Below are positions 63,649-64,000 of a stretch of DNA of 64,000 nucleotides, one piece after another; the first letter of the stretch is position 1, and each line of letters begins with the position of its first letter. The position numbers were made by a program, and so were the translations under genes. The notes under the pieces were generated by a model. The model searched no databases. It was not told the origin of the DNA and saw only the letters and a list, made by a program, of their open reading frames with translations. The stretch is taken from contig NW_027192208.1 of NCBI RefSeq assembly GCF_041956535.1, positions 33,014-97,013 on the forward strand, read 5' to 3'. The DNA comes from Calcarisporiella thermophila CBS 279.70. Lineage: Eukaryota > Fungi > Calcarisporiellomycota.

Positions 63649-64000
63649 TGTATGCGGTAATCGATAGGGCAATTAGAGGGAATGCATTGAATGGTCTATG
63701 CACGGGGCCGGATGTTTATTATTTTGGTTACTAATGGTCGGGGATGACAGCTAGAAGGGGAGGAGGGGGGGGGGGAGCTGCAAGAAGAGGATCTCAGAGG
63801 GATGAGGCTGTCAATGTAAGGGGGTGTGGGAAAGGGGAGATTGGCACGGGGGGATTGTTTGGGGGGATGCGGATGGGTATGAGCCAAGTGTCTCGACGAG
63901 GCGAGAGAACAGGGAATAGCGTGGAAGGCGAAATAAAAATAACAAATAAAAAACCAACTGCTTCACAACCGACCGACACCACAAAAGCGGAAAAAATCTC

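Noticed and set aside
1-64000. tRNA, rRNA, CRISPR arrays, telomeric repeats, intact transposons
   Set aside because: None seen on manual reading. A covariance-model scan would be needed to exclude small RNAs.

Overview
Eukaryotic, gene-dense fungal genomic DNA with short (mostly about 55-100 nt) spliceosomal introns. The gene content (TKL-type kinase, SF3B6/p14, DNAJC9, plant-like PPR protein, CsbD-repeat protein, Zn2Cys6 and STE factors) fits an early-diverging fungus such as Mucoromycota or Zoopagomycota; this assignment is inference. I read about 27 intact genes plus three relics. The first ~10 kb is an AT-rich accessory block: a decayed UbiA-family gene, a secreted blue-copper cupredoxin, a DUF3712-like secreted protein, a Cu-only (SOD5-type) superoxide dismutase, a DIRS-type tyrosine-recombinase relic, a 10-Cys defensin-like peptide and a bacterial-like PAT/YncA acetyltransferase. 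The middle is mostly housekeeping: PPR, ALG7, UTP15, lipase, RRM protein, IDE/STE23, kinases, Nudix, DNAJC9, RLP24, RPL16, SF3B6 and a TBC RabGAP. The GC-rich right end has two paralogous Zn2Cys6 factors bracketing a STE-domain-only protein and a PX protein, then a cryptic small GPI protein and a Uds1 coiled-coil protein. The most notable oddities are a SAP-domain TKL kinase with a WNK-like displaced lysine, a duplicated C-terminal (histone-binding-like) module in DNAJC9, three inferred GC-AG introns, an RPT6 gene fragment and a steep GC gradient. Gene models were spliced by eye, and family assignments rest on motif recognition without database searches.
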